Positions 1 to 8,656 of a DNA stretch of 30,460 nt are shown here, one piece after another. The stretch lies in contig CAZSKV010000751.1 of NCBI GenBank assembly GCA_964607495.1, positions 1-30,460 on the forward strand, written 5' to 3'. The notes beneath the pieces were generated by a model. The model worked only from the letters and a program-made list of their open reading frames with translations, searched no databases and was not told where the DNA came from. This DNA comes from an uncultured candidatus Brocadiaceae bacterium. Its GTDB lineage: Bacteria > Planctomycetota > UBA1135 > UBA2386. The position numbers and the translations under genes are program-made. Each line of letters starts with the position of its first letter. The first letter of the stretch is position 1.

Positions 1-1
1 G

Positions 2-277
2 CGCCGCGTGCAGGTCGAGGTCACGGCAAGCCTGTCGCGCGTCGATCCGGACTCCTACTTCCGGATCAGCATCCGCAATGCGACCGCGTCCCGGCATGAC
101 ACCGTCGTCGAGCAGGCGCCAGGTGGCACCGGAATGGGGACGTGGTCGTTCACGCTCGCGAGCCTTGCCCACGTCGACCGCGACACGCAGATCGAGCTAG
201 AGATCATCGGCGACTGGAGCCCGGGCGCGCGCGCCGAGCTCGCGATCGATGCGGTGCGCGTCACGGCTTCCTACTGA
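2..277 (+). CDS. 3' end of a gene truncated by the window start; hypothetical protein, beta-strand-rich C-terminal domain
   Basis: Frame is open from base 2 to TGA at 275-277. Codon usage is GC3-rich, the sequence is protein-like with alternating hydrophobic residues (YFRISIRN, WSFTL, IELEII, AIDAVRVTASY), and the end overlaps the convergent gene by 7 nt. Confidence 0.65.
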   Translation, partial: RRVQVEVTASLSRVDPDSYFRISIRNATASRHDTVVEQAPGGTGMGTWSFTLASLAHVDRDTQIELEIIGDWSPGARAELAIDAVRVTASY

Positions 278-1299
278 CGCCCGAGCAGCACCTGCGCGTG
301 CGCGATGCCGCCGACCTGCTCGACGACGACCAGGTAGGTCACCCATTCCGGAGCCTCCGCCGCGCAGCGTTGCGCCAGCTCCTGCGCCGCGGAGTCCGAG
401 GCAAAGGTGACGACGCCGTCGACCGCAGGCACGGTCGCGGACACCGAACCGAAGGGCGTGAACCAGCGCAGCGCGAACTTCCCTTCGCGATTGCCGACCT
501 CCGCGCGGGGCACCCCCCCCGCCGGGAGCGTGATGCGCCAGGGCTCGGCACCCGGCCTGCTCGTGGGAGCTGCCGCCGGCGCGAGGGGCTCGACCTCCGG
601 GCCGGCGAGGCGGGCCCCGCCATGGCCGAGCGCGCGCAGGGTCTGTTCCTCCACGCCCCCGGGCTCGACGCGGAACACATCGACCGCATCGTGCGCGTGG
701 GGCGGGCGCAACGACCAGAGCAGGTCGCGCTCTTGCGCCTTGGGCAGACGCTCCTTGGTCGCCAGGTAGACGCGCTGCTGCGCGAGGCCGAGCAATGCCT
801 CACGCAGCGCGACCAGGGTCGTGATCTCGCTCGTCGCCGCGAGCGCCTGCCGGCGCTGCACCACGATCGGCAAGGTCACGACCAGGCCGCCGGCCACCAG
901 GCTGACCAGGCCGCGCTCGCGCAGGAGCCGTGCCGCGACGAGCCCGACCACCACCGACCCGGGCACCCAGGCCAGGGTGAGCGCAGGCTCGATCCGGAAC
1001 GCGACGTCGACCCATCCCGCGAGGCAGCTGGCGAGCACGGCGCCGACGACGCAACCAAAACCACCGGCCGCCGCGCGCAGGCGCGCAACGCGCAGGACGA
1101 TCCAGAGCGTCAGGACCCCGGCGAGGCCCCGGCACACGCAGCGGCCGAGCGGCAGGTCGGACCAGGCCGGTTGCGCCAGCGCGGCGGATGGCAAGCCCGG
1201 GGCGAGCAGCCGCGGCCCCTCGGTCAGGGCCATGGTCGCGAGGATCGCGAGTACTGCCATCAGGGCCGCCACCATCGGCTTGTCACCGCCTGGTTTCAT
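271..1299 (-). CDS. Hypothetical membrane protein (342 aa), paralog B; several N-terminal TM helices plus a soluble C-terminal domain
   Basis: Start chosen at ATG 1299 (MKPGGDKP) because it forms an ATGA overlap with the stop of the upstream paralog at 1296. Has hydrophobic helices and is colinear with 1296-2327 (RERGLVS, LGLAQQRVYLAT, SLRPPH, FRVEPGGVEEQ, SRP..WRIT, TPFGSV, GVVTF). Confidence 0.8.
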   Translation of the reverse strand: MKPGGDKPMVAALMAVLAILATMALTEGPRLLAPGLPSAALAQPAWSDLPLGRCVCRGLAGVLTLWIVLRVARLRAAAGGFGCVVGAVLASCLAGWVDVAFRIEPALTLAWVPGSVVVGLVAARLLRERGLVSLVAGGLVVTLPIVVQRRQALAATSEITTLVALREALLGLAQQRVYLATKERLPKAQERDLLWSLRPPHAHDAVDVFRVEPGGVEEQTLRALGHGGARLAGPEVEPLAPAAAPTSRPGAEPWRITLPAGGVPRAEVGNREGKFALRWFTPFGSVSATVPAVDGVVTFASDSAAQELAQRCAAEAPEWVTYLVVVEQVGGIAHAQVLLGRQ

Positions 1300-2327
1300 C
1301 GCCGCACCGCGTGGCTCCAAGCCCCGCCATGTTCCGCCTCGACCAGGATCAGCATCGCGATGCCGCCCCGCTCGTGCCGCGAGTACTCACCCGCGAGCCG
1401 GTGCGCGGTCGAGCCCGGCGTGAAGGCGACTACGCCGGCTTGTGCCCGCACCAGCTCGGCGACCGCACCGAAGGGCGTCACCGCGCGCAGCGTGAACGGC
1501 CCGGCCGCGGCACCGACTTCGACGCGCGGCAGCCCTTGCTCGTCGCGAGTGATCCGCCAGTCGGCCGCGGCCGGCCTCGAGCCGGCCGGCGGCTGCGGTG
1601 CGATCACGGTGATCCGTCCGCGCGCGAGCAGGAGGCCGGGGTAGCCGAGATAGGCCAACCACTGCTCTTCGGCGCTGCCGGGTTCGACCTGGAACAGGTC
1701 GATCGGCGCCGGAACGTGCGGCGGCCGCAGGCTGCGCAGGAACCACACGCCGACCCGCGGGTGCACCAGATCCCGGGTCGCGACGTACAGGCGTGGCTGG
1801 CCGAGCCCGAGTACGGCCGCGCGGGCCTGCGCGAAGGCTCGCCGTGCCGTCGTCGTGCGCAACGCCTCGCTGCCCACCGACACCAACAACAGGCCGAGGA
1901 GCACTGCGCCCAGGACGATGCTCACAATCCCACGCTCACGCACGAGACACGCGGTGCCAACGCCGAGCCCGGCGGCGAGCACACCCCCGAGCGGGAGCTG
2001 GGCGCAGCTCGGGGCGAGGCCGCCGTGCGGGACCATCAGCAGCGTCGCGACCAGCGCGCCGACCACCAGGCCGAACGCGCCGCTCCTCTCCCAGAGCCGC
2101 CGCACGCCACAGATCAGCAGCGCAACCCCGGAGCCGACCAGGAAGCCCGGCAGTGCCCGCTGCAGCAGCGCGCCGGGCGTCGGCAACGAACCCGGCGGAT
2201 AGACCCATGGTTCCGGCGTGAGCATGGCCGGAACCTCGACCCCAACCTGCGTGAGCAGGACCAACCCCAGCGCAATCAGCAACGGGAGTGCTCGCCGAGA
2301 GTTGTGTTCGCTGCGCTCCTCTTGCAT
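1296..2327 (-). CDS. Hypothetical membrane protein (343 aa), paralog A
   Basis: Real C-terminal part of the 1296..3905 ORF, starting [25 protein letters not shown] at ATG 2327. Has hydrophobic segments and motifs colinear with paralog B (RERGIVS, LGLGQPRLYVAT, SLRPPH, FQVEPGSAEEQ, SRP..WRIT, TPFGAV, GVVAF). Confidence 0.8.
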   Translation of the reverse strand: MQEERSEHNSRRALPLLIALGLVLLTQVGVEVPAMLTPEPWVYPPGSLPTPGALLQRALPGFLVGSGVALLICGVRRLWERSGAFGLVVGALVATLLMVPHGGLAPSCAQLPLGGVLAAGLGVGTACLVRERGIVSIVLGAVLLGLLLVSVGSEALRTTTARRAFAQARAAVLGLGQPRLYVATRDLVHPRVGVWFLRSLRPPHVPAPIDLFQVEPGSAEEQWLAYLGYPGLLLARGRITVIAPQPPAGSRPAAADWRITRDEQGLPRVEVGAAAGPFTLRAVTPFGAVAELVRAQAGVVAFTPGSTAHRLAGEYSRHERGGIAMLILVEAEHGGAWSHAVRR

Positions 2328-2377
2328 GGTAAGGCGCGAATGCCGCCGGGATCGTATCGACCACCACCGCGGAACGA
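2251..2377. repeat. 127-bp direct repeat, copy 1
   Basis: Matches 6027-6153 without gaps (offset 3776) with 5 mismatches. The 117-bp core 2261-2377 has 3 mismatches. It contains the back-to-back ATGs at 2327(-) and 2340(+). Confidence 0.97.
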
Positions 2378-2441
2378 AGCGCGGCCGGCGCTGCTGGCGA
2401 GCCAGGTCGAGCTGGTGCTGCGCCTGCCTCCCGAACCGACC

Positions 2442-4124
2442 ATGATCGTCCTGGTGCGGATCGTCCTGGTCGTGTGCCTGGCCGTCGTGGCCTCCCTGCG
2501 GGCGCAGGGCGGGCGCGCACATCGCGTCGACGTCTGTGTCTACGGCGCCAGTTCGGCGGGCGTCATCGCGGCGATCGAGTGTGCGCAGCGTGGGCTGTCG
2601 GTGCTGCTCGTCGACTGCGACCACTGGGTTGGTGGCCTCACGACGTCGGGCCTCGGTGCGACCGACGTCGGCAACCAGGCCGCGATCGGCGGCCGCGCCC
2701 GCGAGTTCTACCGGCGGCTGCGGAGCCACTACGACCGGCCCGAGGCCTGGACCCGCGAACGGCGTGAGGACTTCCACGGACGCGGCCACGAGCCGCGCAG
2801 CGACGCGGCGTGGACGTTCGAACCGAGCGTGGCCTCGGCGACGTTCGCGGCGATGCTTGCCGAGGCGAAGGTGCGGCCGCTGGCGGCGCGGCTCGATCGT
2901 TCTCCCGGCGGCCTGCAGAAGGACGGCGCGCGGCTCACATCGATGCGGCTCGAGGGCGGTGACCTCGTCGCGGCGCGCCTGTTCCTCGACTGCTCGTACG
3001 AGGGCGACCTGCTCGACGCGGCGGGTTGCGCGTTCAGGGTCGGTCGCGAGGCGAACGCGAAGTACGGCGAGACCCTCAACGGCGTGCAGACGCAGAATGC
3101 GACCAAGCACCAGTTCACCGGCGCGGTCGATCCGTACGTCGTACCCGGCGATCCGGCCAGCGGGCTGTTGCCCGGCATCCAGCCGGGCGAACCCGGTGCG
3201 GAGGGCGCCGCGGATGCCCGGATACAGGCGTACTGCTACCGCTTGTGCACGACCGACGATCCCGCCAACCGTGTGCCGTGGACGAAGCCGGACGGTTACG
3301 ACCCACGCGACTACGAGGTGCTGCTGCGCCACTTCGAGGCCGGCAGCACACTGGCGCCGTGGCATCCGACCGTCCTGCCGAACCGGAAGACCGACACCAA
3401 CAACCACGGTGCGTTCTCGACCGACTGGATCGGCGGCAACCACGACTGGCCGACCGCCGACTACGCGACGCGCGAACGGCTGGCCGCGGCGCATCGGCGC
3501 TACCAGCAGGGTCTGTTGTGGACGCTGGCGAACGACAAGCGGGTGCCGGCCAGGGTGCAAGCGGAGTTTCGCCGCTACGGGCTGACGCAGGACGAGTTCC
3601 CGGCGACCGGCGGCTGGCCGCCGCTGCTGTACGTGCGCGAGGGGCGCCGTCTGGTCGGAGCCGCAGTCGTCACCGAACACCACTGCACGGGGCGCGAGGT
3701 GGCGCCCGATCCGGTCGGCATGGGCGCGTACGCGATGGACAGCCACAACGTGCAGCGTTACGCCGATGGGCACGGGCACGTCCGCAACGAAGGCGACGTG
3801 CAAGTGCGGGTGCCGGCACCCTATGGCATCGCCTACGGGGCCCTGGTGCCGCAGCGCGCGCACGCACAGAACCTGCTGGTGCCGGTGTGCTGCAGCGCGA
3901 GTCACATCGCCTACGGCTCGATCCGCATGGAGCCGGTGTTCATGGTGCTCGGGCAGTCGGCTGCGATCGCCGGGGCGTTGGCGCTCGAGCGGGGCCTCGC
4001 GGTGCAGGATGTGCCGTTCGACGAATTGCGCGCGCGCCTGCTCGCGGCGGGGCAGGTGCTGGCATGGCCGGTGGCCAGGGCCGGCGCATCCGGCAAGCAG
4101 GCCCGCGCGGTCAGACCGGGCTGA
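2442..4124 (+). CDS. FAD-dependent oxidoreductase (FAD_oxidored/PF12831-like), probably exported; 560 aa
   Basis: Rossmann motif [65 protein letters not shown]. Signal-peptide-like start [21 protein letters not shown]. An in-frame alternative ATG lies at 2340 inside the repeat. Confidence 0.9.
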   Translation: MIVLVRIVLVVCLAVVASLRAQGGRAHRVDVCVYGASSAGVIAAIECAQRGLSVLLVDCDHWVGGLTTSGLGATDVGNQAAIGGRAREFYRRLRSHYDRPEAWTRERREDFHGRGHEPRSDAAWTFEPSVASATFAAMLAEAKVRPLAARLDRSPGGLQKDGARLTSMRLEGGDLVAARLFLDCSYEGDLLDAAGCAFRVGREANAKYGETLNGVQTQNATKHQFTGAVDPYVVPGDPASGLLPGIQPGEPGAEGAADARIQAYCYRLCTTDDPANRVPWTKPDGYDPRDYEVLLRHFEAGSTLAPWHPTVLPNRKTDTNNHGAFSTDWIGGNHDWPTADYATRERLAAAHRRYQQGLLWTLANDKRVPARVQAEFRRYGLTQDEFPATGGWPPLLYVREGRRLVGAAVVTEHHCTGREVAPDPVGMGAYAMDSHNVQRYADGHGHVRNEGDVQVRVPAPYGIAYGALVPQRAHAQNLLVPVCCSASHIAYGSIRMEPVFMVLGQSAAIAGALALERGLAVQDVPFDELRARLLAAGQVLAWPVARAGASGKQARAVRPG

Positions 4125-5838
4125 TCGGTGGCTGCGCCGATGCCGGGTCGATCCAGCGCTGCACCATCTTCCGCAGCCCGTCCAGCGTCACGGGCTTGGT
4201 CAGGAAGTCGTTCATGCCGGCTTCGCGGCAGCGCGCTTCGTCGGTGGCCGCCGCATGGGCCGTGAACGCAATGATCGGAGTGGTGTGCCCGGCTCGGCGG
4301 ATGGTCGCCGCGGTGGCCAGCCCGTCCATCACCGGCATCTGGCAGTCCATGAACACGAGATCGAAGGCGGCGGGGGCGAAGCGGGCAAGCGCCTCGGTGC
4401 CGTCGCTGGCGGTCGTCACCTCGCAGCCGACCTTCTCCAACATCTTCGTCGCCACGCGCCGGTTGACCGCGCTGTCCTCGACCAACAGGATGCGCGGACG
4501 GGCGCTGCACGCCAGAGCCGCCGCGGGCGCAGCGGCCGGCAACGCGGATGCCGCCGCGGCCGCATCGAACTCGACGGAGATGCGGAACAGCGCCCCGGTG
4601 CCCGACGGGGCGGCCGTGCAGCAGATCGTGCCGCCCATCGCGTGGACGATCTCGCGGCTGATCGCGAGACCCAGGCCAGCACCGCCGTGCCGGCGGGCGT
4701 AGCTGTCGTCGCCTTGCACGAACGGCTGGAAGATGCGCTCGCGCTGTTCCTCGGGCACACCGCAGCCCGTGTCCTCGACCTCCAGGACCACCGCGACCTT
4801 GCCGCCCTGGCCGGCGGCCCGCGCGCGCATCGTGATCTGACCGCGCTGCGTGAACTTCAGCGCATTGCCGATCAGGTTCAGCAGCACCTGGCGCAGTCGG
4901 GCGCGATCGCCGAGCACTCGCAGGGTGCCGCCCACGGATTCGCTGCAGAGGTCGATGCCATGCTGACTCGCCTGGATCCGGAACAACGCCATCATGTCGT
5001 GCAGCAACTCGTCGAGGCAGAAGGGTGCAGGCACGAGCCGCAGTTCGCCTGCCTCGATGCGTGCCAGGTCCAGCACGTCCTCGATCAGGGACAGGAGTAC
5101 GTGCCCTGACCAGCCGATCGTGTCCAGCAGTTCACGCTGCACATCGTCGAGCGCCGAGTCCTCGAGCAGCGCCGCGCTGCCGAGGATGCCGTTCAGAGGG
5201 GTCCTGATCTCATGGCTGATGTTGGCCAGGAACCGCGACTTGGCCTCGTTGGCGTTCGCGAGCTTGCGCTGCGACTCTGCGAAGCGGTCGAACACGCGCT
5301 GCCGCTCGAGCTCGCTCGAGATCGCGCTCGCGAGGATCAGCATCAATTCGACCAACGTCGACACCGACTCCGGCGGGATCGGCCTGACGTCGAGGATCGC
5401 GATCAGGCCCAGGGGTTTCCCGGCGCAGTCGAAGGTAGGAGCGCCGATGTAGCTCTCGATCCCCATCTGCACCAGCAGCTCGTCCTGCGGGAACTGCGCC
5501 TGCACGTTCGACGGGTAGCAGCACACCCGCCGGTCCACCACCGTCTCGCATGGCGTACCGCGCAGGTCGTACTCGAGTGCGGGAGCCAGGTGGTCTCCGG
5601 CCCACATCGCCAACGACACCGCCCGCCATTCCTCGGCTCGGAGCCGGCCGATCATCACGTGCCGCACGCCGAGCGCCTGCGCCACGGCGCGCACCATGGT
5701 GTCGAGGTAGTCCTGCCCGGAGCGGAAGACACTCTGGCTCAGGATCTCGGCGAGCGCCCGGAACGGCGATGGCTGGTCGGTTGGCCGGCCGAAGCACGTC
5801 CCAGTGGGCCCTGTCGTGGCGGGAACTGCATGCCGCAT
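4111..5838 (-). CDS. Soluble hybrid sensor histidine kinase: GAF-HisKA-HATPase_c-REC; 575 aa
   Basis: H-box [19 protein letters not shown]-box [15 protein letters not shown]1 DTGCGV, G2 GAGLGLAIS, receiver LLVEDSAVN...[13 protein letters not shown]...FLTKP. N-terminal GAF ([12 protein letters not shown]...[18 protein letters not shown]). No TM helix. Start is uncertain; ATG 5838 is preceded by GGGGAGG. Confidence 0.93.
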   Translation of the reverse strand: MRHAVPATTGPTGTCFGRPTDQPSPFRALAEILSQSVFRSGQDYLDTMVRAVAQALGVRHVMIGRLRAEEWRAVSLAMWAGDHLAPALEYDLRGTPCETVVDRRVCCYPSNVQAQFPQDELLVQMGIESYIGAPTFDCAGKPLGLIAILDVRPIPPESVSTLVELMLILASAISSELERQRVFDRFAESQRKLANANEAKSRFLANISHEIRTPLNGILGSAALLEDSALDDVQRELLDTIGWSGHVLLSLIEDVLDLARIEAGELRLVPAPFCLDELLHDMMALFRIQASQHGIDLCSESVGGTLRVLGDRARLRQVLLNLIGNALKFTQRGQITMRARAAGQGGKVAVVLEVEDTGCGVPEEQRERIFQPFVQGDDSYARRHGGAGLGLAISREIVHAMGGTICCTAAPSGTGALFRISVEFDAAAAASALPAAAPAAALACSARPRILLVEDSAVNRRVATKMLEKVGCEVTTASDGTEALARFAPAAFDLVFMDCQMPVMDGLATAATIRRAGHTTPIIAFTAHAAATDEARCREAGMNDFLTKPVTLDGLRKMVQRWIDPASAQPPISPV

Positions 5839-5878
5839 CCTCCCCGTGATCGGACGGCACGGCGTACCTGCTTGAACC

Positions 5879-6103
5879 TCACGCCATCGGCCCGCGGCGC
5901 TGCGGCTGTGGGTGCGGGCTGCAGGTCGCGCCGGCAACGCACTCCGGGGCGCCAAAGCCACGATTCCACGCCTCGCGCCACGACTCCAAACGCAGCTGGC
6001 GACCTGGCAACAGCATCGCGGCAGGGGTGAGCACGCCCAACCCCAGCGCAATCAGCAACGGGGGTGCTCGCCGAGAGTTGTGTTCGCTGCGCTCCTCTTG
6101 CAT
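5879..6103 (-). pseudogene. 74-codon remnant: duplicated 5' end of paralog A running into unrelated sequence
   Basis: Begins [26 protein letters not shown] (paralog A: [26 protein letters not shown]). Similarity stops at the repeat boundary (6027), and the rest is not protein-like. Confidence 0.7.
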
Positions 6104-6153
6104 GGTTAGGCGCGAATGCCGCCGGGATCGTATCGACCACCGCCGCGGAACGA
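6027..6153. repeat. 127-bp direct repeat, copy 2
   Basis: Matches 2251-2377 with 5 mismatches. It contains ATG 6103(-) and the ATG 6116(+) of the first YfhO-type gene. Confidence 0.97.
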
Positions 6154-8656
6154 GCAGCTGCACGCGCTGCTGCTCGCGGCTCTGTGCGCGCTGCTCTTCC
6201 TCGGCAAGTCCGTGTGGCCCGGCTACGCCCTCGTGCCCTTTCCCCCGGAAGCGCACGAACCGTTGCTGCAGGAAGCGCTCGCGCGCGGCATGCCGCTCGA
6301 GCAGATCCTGGTCGGCAACTCGAGCCTCGGCGACAAGTACAACCAGTCGCTCGCGTGGGACCGCATCCAGCAGGACGCCTTGCGCGCGGGCAGCCTGCGC
6401 CTGTGGTCGCGCGAGCTCGGCGGGGGCGCGCCGTTCGTGCCGCAGATGGGCCAGATCTACCAACCCTGGAACCTGCTGCTGCTCGCGATCCCGGCCGCAG
6501 GCATCTACGGCCTGTGGTTCCTGCTGCACCAGATCGTGTTCGGATGGCTGACTTACCGCTTCTTCCGCCGGATCGGTCTCGCGCACGCGAGCGCCCTGGT
6601 CGGCCTCGTCTGCGCGGTGCTCGGACTCTGGCTGCAGGCGCGCGTGCACCACAACGTGATCGTGTCGGCCGCGTTGCCCTGCTTTGGCATCCTGGCCGCG
6701 GTCCATGCGCTCGTGCAGCATGGCGAACGTGCGCCGGCGGTCGGGCGTCTCGCGCTCGGCCTCGGCATCGCGTGGCTCGGCGGCTTCCCGCCGACCGCCT
6801 TGCAGGAGACGCTGCTGGCACTCGCCTACGCCGGTGTGCTGGCGTGCTCGGCCCCGAAGCCGGAGCGGGGCGCGCGCCTGCTGCGCGTCGCGATCGGGGT
6901 AGGACTCGGCGGCGCGCTCGCGGCCGCGCAGATGGTCCCGGTGCTCCTGGCTGCGGCCGAGTCCTCGCGAACCGCCGCCGACTCGCCTCAGCTCCTCCAC
7001 CTGCTGCACGCACGCGCCCTGCAACCGGCCCACCTGCTGGGCGCGATCTGGCCTGATCTGCTGCACTGGCCGGCCGAGACCTTCTACGGCCGGATCGACG
7101 CCGTGCGCTACGCGTGGGCCGCGCTCGGCCTGACACCGACCGTGATGCAGGCCGAGTTCAACTTCGCCGAGACCGCGTTCGGGATCTCCGTCCCCGGGCT
7201 CGCCTTCGCGCTGCTCGGGCTCGCCGCGCGCCCCCGCCGCGAGGCGCTCTTCTTCGGCGGCGCCTTGCTGCTCGGGATCGGTCTCGCGAGCGCATGGCCC
7301 GGGTTCTCGGGCGCCACGCGGCTCTTGCCCGGCGGGCGCGCGGGTGACCTCAAGCGCTACCTGTTCACGGCCGCGATCGCGCTCGCGGTGCTCGCCGCGC
7401 TCGGATGCGAGCGCTGGCGCGCGCGTGGTCCAGGCCGGCTGGTGCCCGCCCTCGTGGCCGCGGTCCTCGCCGCCTCGGCTGCGTTGCTGACCCTGCATCT
7501 GCGCGATGCCCGCGGCGTGCAGGAGCTGTACGCGCAGTGGCTCGCGCCGCTGCACGGCGCCACGGCCGAGATGTTCCACGCCGGCGTCGCGCAGAGTCCG
7601 AGCGAAGCCGCGGCCAACACCACCCACCTGCGGGCGACCTTCGCGCGCGCGGCGATCAGCGCCGCGCTGACGCTCGGCGTGCTGTTCTGGCGCAGCCGCT
7701 GGAGCCTCGGGATCGGGATCGCGGCGATCGCAATCGAGTTGCTGCACGCCGGGTCCGGAACGCGCATCGCGGTCGACCGGCGGCGGGTCGAGACGCCGCC
7801 GCAGGTGCTGCAGCCGGTCCTCGCCGATCCCGCCGGCGGCCGCTTGCAGCGCCTGTGCGCGCCAGCGGATCAGGGCCGCCGCTCGCCCTACCTGCCGCCG
7901 AACCTCGCGGCCTACTACGGCATCGCCGACCTTGCGGCCTACAACCCGCAGCCCAAGCAGCGGATGGAGCAGCTCTTCCTCGCGCTCGAGCCGGACGAAC
8001 CCGGCAAGGCGAGCGTCGTGTTCGGCGGCGCGGGGGTGAACCTGTTGCGCAAGCCGGCGAGCGCCACGCACCGCCTGCTCGATCTGCTCGCCTGCCGCTG
8101 GCTGCTGACCGGCGGACCCGTGGCCGCGTCCGGGCTCGTCGACCGCACGCCGGCCGGCGCGCCCCCGCCACACCGCCTCTACGAGCGGACCACGGCGATG
8201 CCGCTCGCGACCTTCGTGACCAGGACGCGCGTGGTCCCGGCCGCGACCGAACGCCTGGCCCTGCTCGGGTCTCCCGCCCATGACCCATCCACGACGATCG
8301 TGCTCGAGGACCTGCGCGCGCCGACGCCGCCGCCGCTCGCGTCCGCCGAGGCCGAGGCCGCGATCCTGTGGACCGCGCGCGAGTCCGAGCGCAGCGCCCT
8401 TCGGGTCCGCACCAAGGCCGCCGGCTATCTGCGCCTGGCCGACCCCTACGACGCGGGTTGGGTCGCGACCGTCGACGGCAAGGTCACGCCGGTCCACTGC
8501 GTCGACCACTACCTGCAGGGCGTCTACCTGCGCCCCGGCGAGCACGAGGTCGAGCTGCGTTACGCGGCGTGGTTCGTGCGCGCGCCCCAGCACCTGTCGC
8601 TCGTGGCCCTGCTGGTGTCGCTCTGGCTCGTACGCCGAAAGAGGAGCGATCGATGA
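6116..8656 (+). CDS. YfhO-family (GT-C fold) membrane glycosyltransferase-like protein 1; 846 aa
   Basis: Many TM helices, N-terminal LWSRELGGGAPF..QMGQIYQPWNLLL, and YfhO-type C-terminus GYLRLADPYDAGWVATVDGK..PV..VDHYLQGVYLRPGEHEVELRY plus a terminal TM helix. Confidence 0.85.
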   Translation: MPPGSYRPPPRNEQLHALLLAALCALLFLGKSVWPGYALVPFPPEAHEPLLQEALARGMPLEQILVGNSSLGDKYNQSLAWDRIQQDALRAGSLRLWSRELGGGAPFVPQMGQIYQPWNLLLLAIPAAGIYGLWFLLHQIVFGWLTYRFFRRIGLAHASALVGLVCAVLGLWLQARVHHNVIVSAALPCFGILAAVHALVQHGERAPAVGRLALGLGIAWLGGFPPTALQETLLALAYAGVLACSAPKPERGARLLRVAIGVGLGGALAAAQMVPVLLAAAESSRTAADSPQLLHLLHARALQPAHLLGAIWPDLLHWPAETFYGRIDAVRYAWAALGLTPTVMQAEFNFAETAFGISVPGLAFALLGLAARPRREALFFGGALLLGIGLASAWPGFSGATRLLPGGRAGDLKRYLFTAAIALAVLAALGCERWRARGPGRLVPALVAAVLAASAALLTLHLRDARGVQELYAQWLAPLHGATAEMFHAGVAQSPSEAAANTTHLRATFARAAISAALTLGVLFWRSRWSLGIGIAAIAIELLHAGSGTRIAVDRRRVETPPQVLQPVLADPAGGRLQRLCAPADQGRRSPYLPPNLAAYYGIADLAAYNPQPKQRMEQLFLALEPDEPGKASVVFGGAGVNLLRKPASATHRLLDLLACRWLLTGGPVAASGLVDRTPAGAPPPHRLYERTTAMPLATFVTRTRVVPAATERLALLGSPAHDPSTTIVLEDLRAPTPPPLASAEAEAAILWTARESERSALRVRTKAAGYLRLADPYDAGWVATVDGKVTPVHCVDHYLQGVYLRPGEHEVELRYAAWFVRAPQHLSLVALLVSLWLVRRKRSDR

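Noticed and set aside
2251-2377. The 127-bp repeat as a CRISPR, IS end, REP or tRNA att site
   Set aside because: Only two copies, no spacers, no terminal inverted repeats, no tRNA-like structure and no transposase or integrase. It consists of ordinary gene starts.
1188-2441. N-terminal extensions given by the ORF track for several real genes (978-aa oxidoreductase, 646-aa kinase, 956-aa YfhO-2, 831-aa IorB, 845-aa M56 and others)
   Set aside because: The extensions overlap other genes and are not protein-like. Internal starts with ATGA coupling, an RBS or a signal peptide fit better.
5879-8593. Very long antisense or alternate-frame ORFs (e.g. 142..1644+, 5879..8593-, 8560..10989-, 11734..14040-, 16832..19108-, 23088..24368-)
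   Set aside because: Shadow ORFs expected at high GC. They are Arg/Ala/Gly/Pro-rich, have no motifs, and lie opposite or over genes with clear family motifs.
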